Origin: Trypanosoma brucei
Lineage: Eukaryota
Direction: 5' to 3'
Length of the DNA stretch: 64,000 nucleotides
Assembly: GCA_000002445.1 (NCBI GenBank)
Contig: CP000071.1
Coordinates: 896,001-960,000 of the forward strand
Position numbers and translations under genes: made by a program. Positions 10,951 to 22,842 of this stretch are shown here, in pieces. Numbering within the stretch: position 1 is the stretch's first letter; every line of letters starts with the position of its first letter. The notes under the pieces are model-generated. The model was not told the DNA's origin, made no database searches, and was given only the letters and a program-made list of their open reading frames with translations.

Positions 10951-11277
10951 GTGTTCCTCCTTACTAACTTTTATTTTTGCGTTTGCATCTACAGGCCCCT
11001 CCTCTGCGTAAATTTCCTTTCCTTCCCTCTACCCAATTGTTTTTCTTCCGCCATGCCATTATCTGCAGGAAGTGGACATCGTAACGTTGTCTACTTTCGA
11101 TGTTGTGTTAATTCCCCTTCTGATAAGGTTTCGTCATGCTCGGACATATTTTTCTCACCCCCCCCCCCATTTCCGCCCTTTTGTTGCGAGCTTCTCATAA
11201 CACCCCATTCGGGTTGCTGCGTATTCCCTAATTTCTGTGTCTTCTTCTTCGTACTTTTGAACGTTTTAAGCAAGAGG
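10951..11277 (+). promoter_or_regulatory. long polypyrimidine tract including a C11 homopolymer upstream of the pseudo-helicase gene
   Basis: The + strand is ~80% C/T over >300 nt, with a C-run at 11158-11168. It translates as an F/L/S/C/P-rich pseudo-ORF fused in frame to the downstream gene in the ORF track. Confidence 0.5.
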
Positions 11278-13089
11278 ATGGAGACGAAGCGTAGTTTCGA
11301 CTCTTTGGGCATTCACCCAACATTGGTCGAAGCGCTCCGCCGTGCTGGAGTACGGCCGACGCCGTTTCAGGCGCGCGTATTAGAGAACACCACGACTGAC
11401 CTCGCTGATATCATCGTCGATGCGCGTGCTGTGAGTGGCGAAAGTTCGAGTGGGGTATCGGCCGCTGAAGGTGCCACTAACGCGCAACCGACGGTTTCCG
11501 AGCGAAACAACCTCATGATGATATTTGTGGCGCATTGCGTGCTTTCCTCAAGAGATTCGGCACGCCACATAGGGTTAGTGTTGGCCAACAACAAGGAAAA
11601 CGCTGGGCGTCTACAAAAGTGCGTGGCAAACCTTGCTGCGCGCTGCGGCATTACCGTTGAAACGATGACAAATGAGGGGCAAAAACCACAGCTTCCATCT
11701 GCTGAGGGAGATGAAAGGGAATGCAGCAGCAATGGTGGGAAGCAAACTGATGGTGAAGGAGAATATCGCATCATCATTGCAACAATGCGTGCACTACACT
11801 CCTGGGACAAAGCACTCTTTGCACCCGTCGTAACGTTTGCTGTGGAAGATGCCAGTCGAAGTTTCGATCCGCCGCTGGACGATGTTCTGCGGTTGTTGAC
11901 CCAACCGAACAAAACAGGGCAGGGGCAGTCTAATCGTACTGGATCGCCCTTGCCGTCCCCGGGGGCGCCCGCTTTCGTGCCCAACATATTCCTGATGTGC
12001 CTTGCATCTCCAGTTTCTTTGAAACAGAGTATTAGGTACAGGTTAAACCGAAAAAACCGTCGGTATTACCACATACAAACTCCTTCTGAATCACATCCCC
12101 CTTCGCCGTCCCCCTCCGCAGGTGTTGGTGATGCCACTCAGGACCCCGCATCTGAGCAACTGCATGTGCCACCGAGTACGACGCCACCTGCGTCAACGCA
12201 GGTTCTATACCTGTTGTACATCGATGAGAATGACCGTATGGAGCTGCTGCAGCGTGTACTAAAAATGTACGCGGGTCGTCGCACTCTGTTACTTACTCAC
12301 CATAAGGAGATCCGACAGTTGCATCAGAAGGTGATTAAGTGGGACATGTACAACACTACCGGAGAGGCGGGGGGAAATGGCGGTGGGAGTATAAAAGCGA
12401 CGGAATATGTTCACTGCATGCAGCGCACCGATACTCCCGAGAGACAGGAGTCGACCGTGATGGCCTTCATTCGTGAATCCACATCCGGCAATCGAGGTGG
12501 TGCCGGTAACAAAAAGTCAGTGCCGCCTACGCTCTTGATCGGATGGGATACCTTTACCGCAATAGATCTCGTGGACGTGGATGTGGTTATCCAATACTAC
12601 CCACCGCAAAAGTCAATTACGCGGCAGGAATGTGTTGGATTCGTGCAGGTGCTACACACGACGACTGACCCGAAAGTGGGTGGCCGATGCCACCGCACGA
12701 CGCTTATAACTTTTCTTTCCACCAGCGACTTCACACTAGCCGCCTTCTTCATGGAGCAGTACGGTCTTCGTGGCCATATACTTAACGTCACCCCGTCGCA
12801 CCATCACTTTGAGCGGTGCCTCCGCAATTCGGCCGGTGTCTTGGAGTACAAACTGCGGAAGCAATGCGAGTCACTTCATGACGAGGGTTCTGAATCTAAT
12901 GGCACGGCGCAGTGTTCGATTCCCTTCTCGCGACCGCGTTCACGAAGGCGTGGTAATGGAAACCGAAATGCTGGTAGTAACAATGGCGTCGGCACCAACG
13001 CTAGCACTCAAGCTAATATGAATGCTGCTCCAAGCACGAGCAACAGTGACACCGAAACCCGCCGTCCGCTGGGGCGCCACCGTGGTTGA
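11278..13089 (+). CDS. DEAD-box helicase-like protein with degenerate catalytic motifs (probable pseudo-helicase)
   Basis: 'SFDSLGIHPTLVEALRRAGVRPTPFQARVL' is a good DEAD-box Q-motif with the upstream Phe and PTPFQ. The Walker A (AQTGSGKT) position instead reads 'DIIVDARAVSGES'. The motif II region reads 'FAVEDASRSFDPPLDDVL' (VEDA rather than DEAD). The motif V/VI region 'TLLIGWDTFTAIDLVDVDVVIQYYPPQKSITRQECVGF' lacks HRIGR. The ORF-track start 10951 is a translated polypyrimidine tract; I place the start at ATG 11278. Confidence 0.55.
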   Translation: METKRSFDSLGIHPTLVEALRRAGVRPTPFQARVLENTTTDLADIIVDARAVSGESSSGVSAAEGATNAQPTVSERNNLMMIFVAHCVLSSRDSARHIGLVLANNKENAGRLQKCVANLAARCGITVETMTNEGQKPQLPSAEGDERECSSNGGKQTDGEGEYRIIIATMRALHSWDKALFAPVVTFAVEDASRSFDPPLDDVLRLLTQPNKTGQGQSNRTGSPLPSPGAPAFVPNIFLMCLASPVSLKQSIRYRLNRKNRRYYHIQTPSESHPPSPSPSAGVGDATQDPASEQLHVPPSTTPPASTQVLYLLYIDENDRMELLQRVLKMYAGRRTLLLTHHKEIRQLHQKVIKWDMYNTTGEAGGNGGGSIKATEYVHCMQRTDTPERQESTVMAFIRESTSGNRGGAGNKKSVPPTLLIGWDTFTAIDLVDVDVVIQYYPPQKSITRQECVGFVQVLHTTTDPKVGGRCHRTTLITFLSTSDFTLAAFFMEQYGLRGHILNVTPSHHHFERCLRNSAGVLEYKLRKQCESLHDEGSESNGTAQCSIPFSRPRSRRRGNGNRNAGSNNGVGTNASTQANMNAAPSTSNSDTETRRPLGRHRG

Positions 13090-15398
13090 ATAGGAACCAT
13101 GGAATTCTCTGCAAGTGAGCGGTTATTGTAATGCTTGCGTGTGATGAGTAAGGGAATAAAAGTTGTGGAACTTCGGTTTCAATATCAGCGGCAAAGGGGC
13201 TACGCCATGGGCACACACATATGCATGTGTGTATGTGCGAGTAGGGCACCCGAATGTGTGTGCTTGGCTGCTACATCGCAGCCACGTGTTTGTGTTTGTG
13301 TGCGTGGCACGCTGCTTACTTTATTTTATTCTATTTTTTTTTTCGCATTTTCCCTACGTTTGTTAAATTTTCTCTTATTTCCACATAAAGTGCTGGATGA
13401 AATGAAGATAAACGACATGGTGGTGTAGGGATGAATCTCACCGAGGAAAAAAAGAAAAAAGGGGGAAAACGAAAAACACCACTAAAAACAAAACAAAAAA
13501 AACAAACAGTTCAACTCATACCTTAAAGAGAGTAAAGAGATGCCAAGAGGGGAACGAAAATCTCACAAACACATACTATCGATAGAAGATAGAAGTAAAC
13601 TCGCAATTGGTAAAACAAAAGGAGGGATGATGGTGATGATAAGGGTGCCGATGGTAAGGAGGTGGAGAGAACAGGAATGTTACGAGCAACTGCTGTTGCA
13701 ACTGGAGACGGGGGAGCGGCAATAAATGGAACGATACAAAAGGGTGAAGGTAAAGGCGACAGTAAAGGAATGTATTTGCGGTGAGTCGGTTCTTTTTCGT
13801 GTTGTATTGCTTCATTCTTTTTGTTTTATTTTTGTTTTAGAGGGTGCATATGTCTTCATCCCGTTTGCTGACTCAAATACCTTTCTAACAAACTTATTGG
13901 CCATTTATTCTTGGGCTTTCTTGTTTCCACACGTGGTTTTTCTTCTTTTCCTCTTTCGGGTCGTTTTCGCATCCATTCCGTCAACCTCCTCGCTATCGTT
14001 GTATTTTTTCCGGCTTCGTTCTTTGTTCCCACTTGTGTTTTTTTCTTTACTTTCTGTGCTTTTATTATGATTACTATTATCATTATCATTATTGTTTTTT
14101 TTTCGTTTTCTCTCCTTCCTACACTCCCCAAAACGAGAGAGAAAGGAAAAAGAAACTTGTACGCCACTTTCACAAATGGATGTTGGCGCACAGTTTTCAT
14201 TCCCCGTGTTCGTGTTTGTATAAAATCTATAGGGCATTATCTGGGACTTGCATGAGCGGTGAAAGCCGTCTTTGCTTGCTTCTCTCCTTTGCTCTCTTGT
14301 TTATTGTTTCTTTTTTCTATTTTGTGTGTGCGTGGCCGCTGCGTATCCAATGATTTTTGCACGCCTCGACTCCTCTCTCTCTTACTTTCTTTCGCTCCAG
14401 CGATAAGAAATAGGGAGAACAGCCACAACTAACTAACTAAATAAAAAAAAATAAAAAGAAACGGTCAGGAGGAAGAGAGGGAATAGTCAGGAAAACTAGA
14501 GAATGAAGTGGGAGAGCACGAATAAAAAAAGTGTAGGATGCTTTTCCTGCTGGCAATGCGGGTGTGAGGCAGCTAGGCTGTAGGTGTATTTGTGTATTTT
14601 GATCTTCGCGTGATTGAATACTCAGCTCTCGCCTCCACTTTTATTTTATTTTCCTCCATGCACCGTTCTCATACTTCACCTGTCATTTTCTTTCTCTTTC
14701 TCTGTGCTTCGTGCTTATAGCGAAGGATTCGGTACGCTTGACCGTGAGAGAGGGGGCCCACCAAGTGTTTTTTGTCTTTTTTTTTTTAAACTTTCAATCT
14801 CTTCCTTCCACTCATTTTCGTACTTTTGTATATCCTTTGCGTCTGTTTCTGCTTCATCCCGGTTCTTGTTTTTTTTTTTGCCCACGCTTCATTCTTCTGC
14901 TGTGGAGGGAGGGGGGAAGGGGTTTGAATGTGCCGTTATGAGTCTTGGGTCTAATGTCGACACAACCGTGAGGGTGCCGTGCTGTGGAATGGAGGTGAAG
15001 GAGAGGGAAGAATTTCAGGGAAAGGTGACAAAAAAGAGATTATGTGAAGTGAAAATAGAAGGGAGTGAAACAAAACACCAAAAGTAAAAAAAAAAGGTAC
15101 AGCGGCTAAGGGAGACGGGATGTGAAAGAGGACAGATGAAAGGAAACGAGCAAGTTTGTTTGGCCCCACGTGGCTCCCAGTTCCCCCTTCAACTACCGTC
15201 GACTCGACGATCGTGTGGGATTGTTTTGTCAGCCCTCCTCTCCGCTTCGCCTGGTCCCCCTTTCTTGCTTTCTTTTCTTTTTGTTTTGTGTGCGTGTTTC
15301 TATTCTTCCGGCCCAATGCGTGTCCCCAACGCGTAGGCAACCTAAAACGTTTTGGTTTGTTTTACAGTTTTCGCTTATTTTTCTCTTTTTCTTTCATT

Positions 15399-15417
15399 TG
15401 TGTGTGTGTGTGTGTGT
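15399..15417. repeat. (TG)9 microsatellite
   Basis: Direct read: tgtgtgtgtgtgtgtgtgt inside the T-rich desert. Confidence 0.9.
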
Positions 15418-17659
15418 TTCGCTTAGAGACTTCACTAGAGCCACCTGTCAATACCTTCACACGGTGCGCCGCTTTTTCTTCCATACTGCGCGCATGGACG
15501 TCTGAGGCTCATGTTCATGTGTGTTTTTCCTCGAGTGTACGACATAGCGGCGCTACTGGCGGCTGCAAGGTCGAGTCATTCCCCTTCTTTCTCGTTTGTT
15601 TCTTCTTTTGGATTTCTTGTCTTGTTTTTTTTTGTTAACGCTGTGCCCTTCTTTCCTCGCGTTCCTCGGAACCAATTGCGGTTTCTTTCGTTCTTATGTA
15701 TGACCCCGCCCCTCTTCCATTTGATGTCGCAACGGTCCACCTCTTTCTTTCTAGTGGCCACGTTTTTGTGTTAAGTTACTTGAAGTAGCGATGGGAGAAG
15801 CCTTTTATTGTTTTTTTTGTTTCAGCAGTCCTCTTGTGCCTGTGTTCGTGTTTTTGCGCTTTTGCTTGTGACTGCGGGGCGGGTGTCTTTTCTTTTTTTC
15901 TTTCTCTGCAATCAATTCACTCGTGTGCAATCACGTCTTTCTCAGTTGATTTTTTTTTGTTTCGAGGGTTTGTTTTTCTCCTTTTCCCACTCCCTGTACG
16001 GATGTGCGCATGGAACATACATAAATATATATATGTATTCGTTTCTATATGTTTATTTATACATATATGCGTACATGCTATTTATTTACTGTTGGCCTTT
16101 GGATCTTTTGATGGGATTAGGCCGGCGGGAAAAGGAACGGAGGGTGAGACGTTGGTTGAAGGGAGTTGCTGACACTGCATTGGGGGAAAACTGCGAGTGG
16201 CGGTGATTGTGTGCGTGTTGTAAGACATGAAGCAATGATGATGTGGAAACAGACAGTGAAAGGCATCTGTACGCATACGCGGCGGGCCTTTTCTCTCCTT
16301 AATTTTCGTTCTGTTTCTTGTTTTTCCCCCCTCTTATCTCTCCCTACTTCTCACACTGCGGCTGTGTCTGTGGCGTGACGTTGTTTGGCACATTTATCTT
16401 GTGGAGGGCACACTTTTTTCTTTTTCCTGTTTCTTTTTTCCCTTTTCCTCTTACAACATTCCCATTAACTACCGAAATGGGACAAATTTGGAGGGAAGGC
16501 TGGAAACTGGAGAAAACACCAAAAACAAAACCAAAACAACAACGGCACCAAACGGATGAGCGGGCGAGTGGAGTTCGAAGGTAGACAAGAAATACATATG
16601 CGAGAGGATGTATTTTACCGTTCCTCTCCTTTCAATAGTTTTCCTTCCCCCCTTTCCCCAGACACGAAATATCCCCTTTTCAAGTTTTAACCTGTGTACA
16701 TGCTTTGCGTCTTCCCATCTTCTTTGCTCTTTGTTATTATTGTTATTGATTTACTTATTTGTTTAACGTGAACTTTTTAACTGTTCCCATTTCGTAGCAG
16801 CATGTGGGTTGAACCTCGACCCGAGTGCCTCAACTTTGGCTGCCGCCGGACTGAAAGTGCTGCTGTGGGAAAGTCAGAAGAGGGAAGTGCAAGAACGACG
16901 CGGCAATAATGGAGTGCAACCGCATGCACAAGTTTGTCGGGCTGGTGTTGTCACGCAGCGTTTATTTGCGCCTGTACATGCATGAATACGTGCGTGTTTA
17001 TGAGGGGTTACGAGGAAACAAAGTGCGGGCATGAACTCCAGGGGAGGAGGAAATAAATAACTGGAAAAAAAAAGGAAAGAATAGTGTGGCCGATGCGTAT
17101 GGCTCTGGTGGAAGATGAGGTTCATGTGCGGCAACTCACCGGGCTCTACTCTACATTTCTCTTTTCTTTTTTTTTTTGTCATGCAAATGTTTTTCTCTCC
17201 GATGTTCGTTCCTTTTGCCTCTCTTCCTCCCTTTTGTTTAACGGTGTGACGTGCTTCATAAGCCTTCTCCGTAGTGCAGTAACTGAAGCAGTTCATCGTT
17301 GCTGGGGGGGGGCATGTGCTTGCGTTTTGAAGGTGTGTGTGTGTGGGACTCGCGTGGGTGCGAACTAAACCAAGCCAAGAAGGAAAGAAAAGAAAAAAAA
17401 TGCAGAACAGAAAAAGAAAAATAAAGAGGAGGGAAAAAGATTAATAACTAGACGGTGTGGGGACTACACTGATAAGATGACCAAATTGGTTTGTTATGTT
17501 TTCCAAGTACGGTGGAAGAGTTTCGATTGCGCATTCCCTCCCTTTTTTTTACCTTTCCTACGACCACTGCGTGCTTCCTTCTTTTCATCCAAACGCCCAG
17601 TTGGGGGCCAAGGAAGAGGAAGAAACATTGGCTCGGATTTCTCCATTAAGGATGTCTGC

Positions 17660-17660
<1 letters not shown>

Positions 17661-17686
<26 letters not shown>
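17661..17686. repeat. (AT)13 microsatellite
   Basis: Direct read: atatatatatatatatatatatatat. Confidence 0.95.
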
Positions 17687-17691
<5 letters not shown>

Positions 17692-19833
17692 TATTTGCTT
17701 GTTTTTTTGTACCCTCCTCCAATTTTTGTTTTCCTCACCATGCGCATGTTTTCTTCTTTCCCTTCTCTCTTTTCTTGGCTATATGCCCGCTGACTGTTTT
17801 GGAGGCGGTAAGGACATCAAACGAAGAAAAATTCAGTGCAGGTGACAAAACAAAAGCAAGTACGACTCAGCAATACGTAAGTGTATATGTATTTTCTCGC
17901 ATATGTGTATTAACATATTGCTCCACCCCCATTCAGCTTATGCACCTTTTCCCTGTATTTCTGTATAGTTTGTGCTGCATTGCCGTTAAGTTCACCCTTA
18001 CGATGCCAGCGGTGATGATCTTTTTTTTCTTCTCACCATTGCTTTCCTCCTCCTCCTCCCCTTTTTTGTCTCTTGTATTTGCAGTGGCATCGTTTCTAAC
18101 GGCCATGCGGATCACAATTTTGTACCGACCGCACGGACATGCACTCACGCTGCCACCACTACTGCTGCAGATGTCACCCGCAGACACTCCGGTGTCTCCT
18201 TAGCATTTCGGGCCCTTCAATACTTTTACTCGCTTACTTCATCGTAACCATCACGGGGAGGGGAGACGGCGTATATGAAGGCAGGAGCAATAATATGAAG
18301 CAACATCAACTTTTGTCCCAACTGGAATGCTAACACTCGAAACGGAGCTGACACTTCTCACCTGCAAGGAGGGTAAAATAACAAAAAGTTATCCTTCTAT
18401 CCTACCGTTTCTACCTTTTACAAGCACTTGCGGAGCCACTTGGGACACTTAGGTGCTTTCTGCTCAGTAGGGCCGCGTTCAAAACCAAAAAAAAAAATGA
18501 ATCCTTTATGTGACCTAAATCCCGACGGCTGGTTTGCGGTCACAAATAAACCTACAGTATGAGCGGCTCCAAAGCGGGTTGACACTCGATGTTTCTCCAG
18601 CCAAATGCCACAAACGCATCATTTGCTGCACATATGCAGAGTTGGGGGTTGTGGTGGAGGTTTTGTACCTTGACGATCGCTCTGCATGCTGCATTCGGGA
18701 CACCACCACTCGAAGATGCACCGCTTTGGGGGAAATATGGGGGATACAATTCGGTGTGCTGATATAACTCTGCGCACCACCGATGATCTGTTCCGTCGTA
18801 TGTAAATGCGTTAATCATAAACGTACATAGCGACTGAATTGAGCCCGAAACCGGAAGCGATGTGTATTGTAAATTGCACTGTGTTTGGCAATGTGTTGTG
18901 CGTTGGGGGACCAAAGTCATGTGATGAGGCGCTGCGAGCATAATATTCGCGTGGTTACATACCAATACGTTGGTAGCGAATGGTTTTGCCCTTTACTAAC
19001 CGGGTGGCACCCGCACAACTCTGCAAGGACTTGATCCCGCTTAAGTTTGCGTGCACTGATGAAAAACAACCTGCTTATATTCGAGCGTGGTCCGGGCACC
19101 ACTAACCGTGTTTTGATTCCGTTATATTACCTCCATCCCCTTTTCGTGGTTGATGCACTACCCGCGAGCCGTTCTTTTTATTTGGTCTCAAATGTCTACT
19201 CACGTGTTTTGTTGTTGTGCCTGCGCTACATTTATCAGCCGATGATGCGGGAGACGTAGGAAGTCTGTGAGTTGTAGCAAAAGGTCTTTCTGTTGGCGGT
19301 ACGGTGTTTGCTTTGGCTTTACTCCGTTTCAGTGCTTATGAGCGTTCGTTCAGTTGTGGTTCCACGCTTCGTGTTGTACTGAATGGGAATACTGCGTTTC
19401 GCCTGTCACACTCTGTGCACGTGGTTTGTTCGTGAGTGTACTTTCTTTCCAGGTGTTTGAGTGTCTGTGTGCCGCTACAATTTATCCTTTTGTGTGTTGC
19501 CTTACTGCCCTTTGCTCCGCGGTGAAGCATTTCCTGTAGATTGTGGACGTTCTCAAACTTTTTTCCTTATTCGCCTTCCCTTTTCTCCCAGTGGTAGGCA
19601 GCGTGAAGCTGTGGATACTGCACCGGTATATTTCTCGTTTCCGTATGTTTCGCATATCCTCATGTTTTCACAGTTTCTTTCTCAATGCTGTCCGCTGCAC
19701 CTTCATCGCTGACGTGCTGTACGGCTGCCGTTACAGCCCACACATTGGAATGTGCCACCATCCGTACGTGTACGTGAAAACAGTGTTGTTTTGCGTCTCC
19801 AGTCGTCCGGAGCAGCGGCTTGAACGTGAGTAT

Positions 19834-20253
19834 ATGCGTGGTCTTATCGAACACCTTGTCGCGTGCGATGCGAAGCACGATACGCAGACAAAACTAGAAC
19901 TGATGCGGTTTGTTGACGTCGTGCCGGCCGCCGCAAGCCTCGGTGGTAGCGGCCACAGTGAGGTGCTGAGCGCCGGAAAAATGGGTGGTGAAAGCGGAAT
20001 GTCCTCTTTCTTCACGGGTACTCTCTTCCCCGCAGTGTTGGGTCATGTGTTACTATACGACGCGGTTTGCGTATGTATGTCAGGTGGTTTGTACGACGAT
20101 GCGGCGCGCGACTGCGTGGCGCAGGTGGCGGCAAGGCTAGGTGTCTCTCAGCACGGCCGGGAAATGATTGAAAAAGCGGCAATACGTGAGCATCAGTTGG
20201 CTGCGATGAAGCGGCAGCTGCTTCTCCTACCTGAGACCCCGCCACTGCGTTGA
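19834..20253 (+). CDS. small hypothetical protein (~140 aa); the start is uncertain
   Basis: The 3' part of ORF 19543..20253 has coding-like composition ('MRGLIEHLVACDAKHDTQTKLELMRFVDVVPAAASLGG...'). The 5' 97 codons are F/L/S/C-rich, i.e. a translated pyrimidine tract. Alternative ATGs lie at 19750 and 19543. Confidence 0.3.
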   Translation: MRGLIEHLVACDAKHDTQTKLELMRFVDVVPAAASLGGSGHSEVLSAGKMGGESGMSSFFTGTLFPAVLGHVLLYDAVCVCMSGGLYDDAARDCVAQVAARLGVSQHGREMIEKAAIREHQLAAMKRQLLLLPETPPLR

Positions 20254-21126
20254 GAGACGCTTTGGGAGGTAACTGCAAGAGCGGCACCCGTCTAATTTTG
20301 GAGTGGAAAGGCTTGCAAGAGCTGTGTAGTTGTCTTACATTGTCTTTGGCGTGTGCATGGGCAAGGTTGCGGTATTGGTGTGCTTCCCAAATCCTGCTGC
20401 TCCATGCGTTTTATTCCTTGTTGTCACTGCTATGTTTTGCGTGTCCCATCGTGTTAGTAAATTAAACCTCAATAGCCACCACGACTCGATCATCAGAACA
20501 TTGGAGTGTTGACGCATTGGCTTAGAACCTGTGACCCGCCTCTTCGCAAATGTGGCGCCGGTGCATAGCGATGTTTTTGCCACTGTGTTGATTGTAATGC
20601 CTAAGTTGACGTGCACAACTTGATCCCTTAGCGTTGAGGAGGGATGCGCGAAGGCGAAGGGATTGAATGTCTTCTCTTGATGTGTTTTTTTTCTTATTGT
20701 CGACTTTCTTGTCGGCGTTGCCGTGCCCCCCAATTGGCGTGAGTCGAGGAGCTTGCACACATAGCTTGCGCGCACAGCATCACTAGACTTCTGTGGGGTT
20801 CATGTGTGGTGTGTCTCGACATTGGCATTGCGATCGCTATCAAAAGCTGCAATAGCGGATAGTGTATAGACGGCAGTTACAGCCGTGATCGCACAGCGGT
20901 AAGAGGCATAATGTTTATAGTGCACGACACAAAACAATGAATCCAATGGCGACCTGTGCCTTCCCCCAAATAACCTGGAAAAATATCTCTGTCTATTTAC
21001 TGTGAAGTTGGACGTAGCTCTGCTTTCTTCCTTCTCCTTTTTGCCTTTGCCCACTACAGTCATTCTAACAAGGTTAGCAGCCTTTTTGTTGTCGTTGTTG
21101 TAAACCCGCAGGAAACAAGTACATAT

Positions 21127-22842
21127 TTGAGTGACGCAATGACCACAGCAACCGTCAAGCCCGAAATTGTCATAGCGGTTCTCTCCATGTGCGGCCTGCT
21201 GACGGTTGTTGTCATCATTCTGCTGGTGTGCTCGTGGTGGTCTCGCCGCAAAGCTGGAGCTTATGCAGGATCTGCTCTTTATCGCGGGTTCAAGCGACGC
21301 CATCAATTCGAGCTCGTCTGTACACCTGGTCCGGGTGCTCACGCCGCTCCGCTGGAGGTTCAACTGCGCACATCGCATGTTGACCCTTGCGACATACTTG
21401 TGGATGTGCAGTACACACCGCCTGGCTTCCTCAAGGAATGTGATCGTACCGCTGTCTCCCCAGCACGACTATTGGGTGCTGATGAACACTATGGTGAACA
21501 ATATCTGCTTTACAGTCACCCGTTTGTGTTCCGGGGACCCGGCCGATACACGGTCAACGCACACACCGTCTCGCCTTCCATGCGGTATGTGGGCGCGGTG
21601 CATAATTTCTGCTTCGACGTGCTCCCCGGGGACACGCCGTCAGGGTCTGGAGACACTGAAATGGAGGCGAGCTGTCAGCATGCCAACGATTTCTCCAGGC
21701 ACGACTTTTCCACCCAGCGGGATGTAGCAACGAAATGCAGCATCACACCGATCAGGCATCCTTTGCCACCGCGCATCATTCCCAATGAGGGTGAAGTGAC
21801 AACATTTACTCCAATAATTATCACCACTAACAACGAAAGTACGACGGCCGATCAGATCCGGTACAGCGTGGACGGTAGATACCCATCGTTGCTGTACACG
21901 GGGCCGTTCACGCTCTCTGTGCCGCCTTTCAGCAATGCGTGTAATGGCTCGTCGGTGCCAGTCGTTGTGCGTGCTGTCGCCGTGTCCGGAAGTGATACGG
22001 GACTAACGAGTGAGGTTGTGACTGCGAACTTTACGGTGTATAGGGCGGGCCACAGTTTCTTTGATCCGCAGGTACCGGCCCCGGTTGCGCGTGTGCATGC
22101 TGTGAACGCCAAGCTGTACTTTGATGAGTCCCGTCGCCCACCGAACACGAACATCTTATACCAGCTAGTTTACGTCAGTGAAGCACGCCAGAAGCCAAAG
22201 TTCTCTCGCAGGCGGGGATTCGTGTACACTGGAGAGTTTGTTCCGCTGCGTGAGGACGTTGCCTTTATCTACGCCTGGACGTTTGTGGGTGATGGCAATG
22301 GCGATGGGACGGGGGTGGACCTCGACGAGGTGAACGGCGGTGGGCGTCGCCACATTCGCAGCTCAGCCGCTGTGTACGACTGTCGTCGTGGCACATCGTG
22401 GAACCGTGAGGCTCGGGATGAGGGAGGGTTGCACCCTCACAATAACGACCGTACTCATCGCGGTGACCTGTCGCCACCGGTCATCTGCGTCAGCTGCAGT
22501 GAGATGGAGGTATTCTTTGAGGATCCACCCGCGGGAGGCGTTGTGTGCTACACCCTTGACCGAACTGAGCCAGCAGCTCCCGGTGGAGCGACGGCACCTG
22601 AACAGGCAGTGAGGGTTGGTCTTGGTACAGGAGCGCAGCAGCTCGCGCGATTTGGGCCGGGGCCGAATCTCAGCACGTACGTGTACAAGTCCAACCAGCC
22701 GATTCACGTGACGCTTCTGCAGACGGAGCAGGTGTTCGTTACCGCGCGTACGTTTATTCCCGTTGCGGACGGTGCCGCTGGCGACGCCGTTACCTGCTAC
22801 CGTTTCAGTGATCGTTTCTTCCGTGGCTTTGCCATACAGTGA
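21127..22842 (+). CDS. hypothetical membrane protein with an N-terminal transmembrane anchor
   Basis: 571 aa ORF. Residues ~12-38 'IVIAVLSMCGLLTVVVIILLVCSWW' form one hydrophobic helix followed by 'SRRKAGAY' (positive-inside). The rest has coding-like composition with no recognisable domain. Confidence 0.5.
   Translation: MSDAMTTATVKPEIVIAVLSMCGLLTVVVIILLVCSWWSRRKAGAYAGSALYRGFKRRHQFELVCTPGPGAHAAPLEVQLRTSHVDPCDILVDVQYTPPGFLKECDRTAVSPARLLGADEHYGEQYLLYSHPFVFRGPGRYTVNAHTVSPSMRYVGAVHNFCFDVLPGDTPSGSGDTEMEASCQHANDFSRHDFSTQRDVATKCSITPIRHPLPPRIIPNEGEVTTFTPIIITTNNESTTADQIRYSVDGRYPSLLYTGPFTLSVPPFSNACNGSSVPVVVRAVAVSGSDTGLTSEVVTANFTVYRAGHSFFDPQVPAPVARVHAVNAKLYFDESRRPPNTNILYQLVYVSEARQKPKFSRRRGFVYTGEFVPLREDVAFIYAWTFVGDGNGDGTGVDLDEVNGGGRRHIRSSAAVYDCRRGTSWNREARDEGGLHPHNNDRTHRGDLSPPVICVSCSEMEVFFEDPPAGGVVCYTLDRTEPAAPGGATAPEQAVRVGLGTGAQQLARFGPGPNLSTYVYKSNQPIHVTLLQTEQVFVTARTFIPVADGAAGDAVTCYRFSDRFFRGFAIQ

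Noticed and set aside
10951-11277. 109-codon N-terminal extension of the pseudo-helicase ORF
   Set aside because: F/L/C/P/S-rich translation of a polypyrimidine tract including a C11 run. The conserved Q-motif begins right after ATG 11278.
11367-11987. 206-aa minus-strand ORF
   Set aside because: Antisense to the helicase-like gene, with no motif support.
17496-18203. 235-aa + strand ORF in the desert
   Set aside because: It translates a polypyrimidine tract and the (AT)13 repeat ('IYIYIYIYI', F/L/S/C-rich). It has no coding-like composition.
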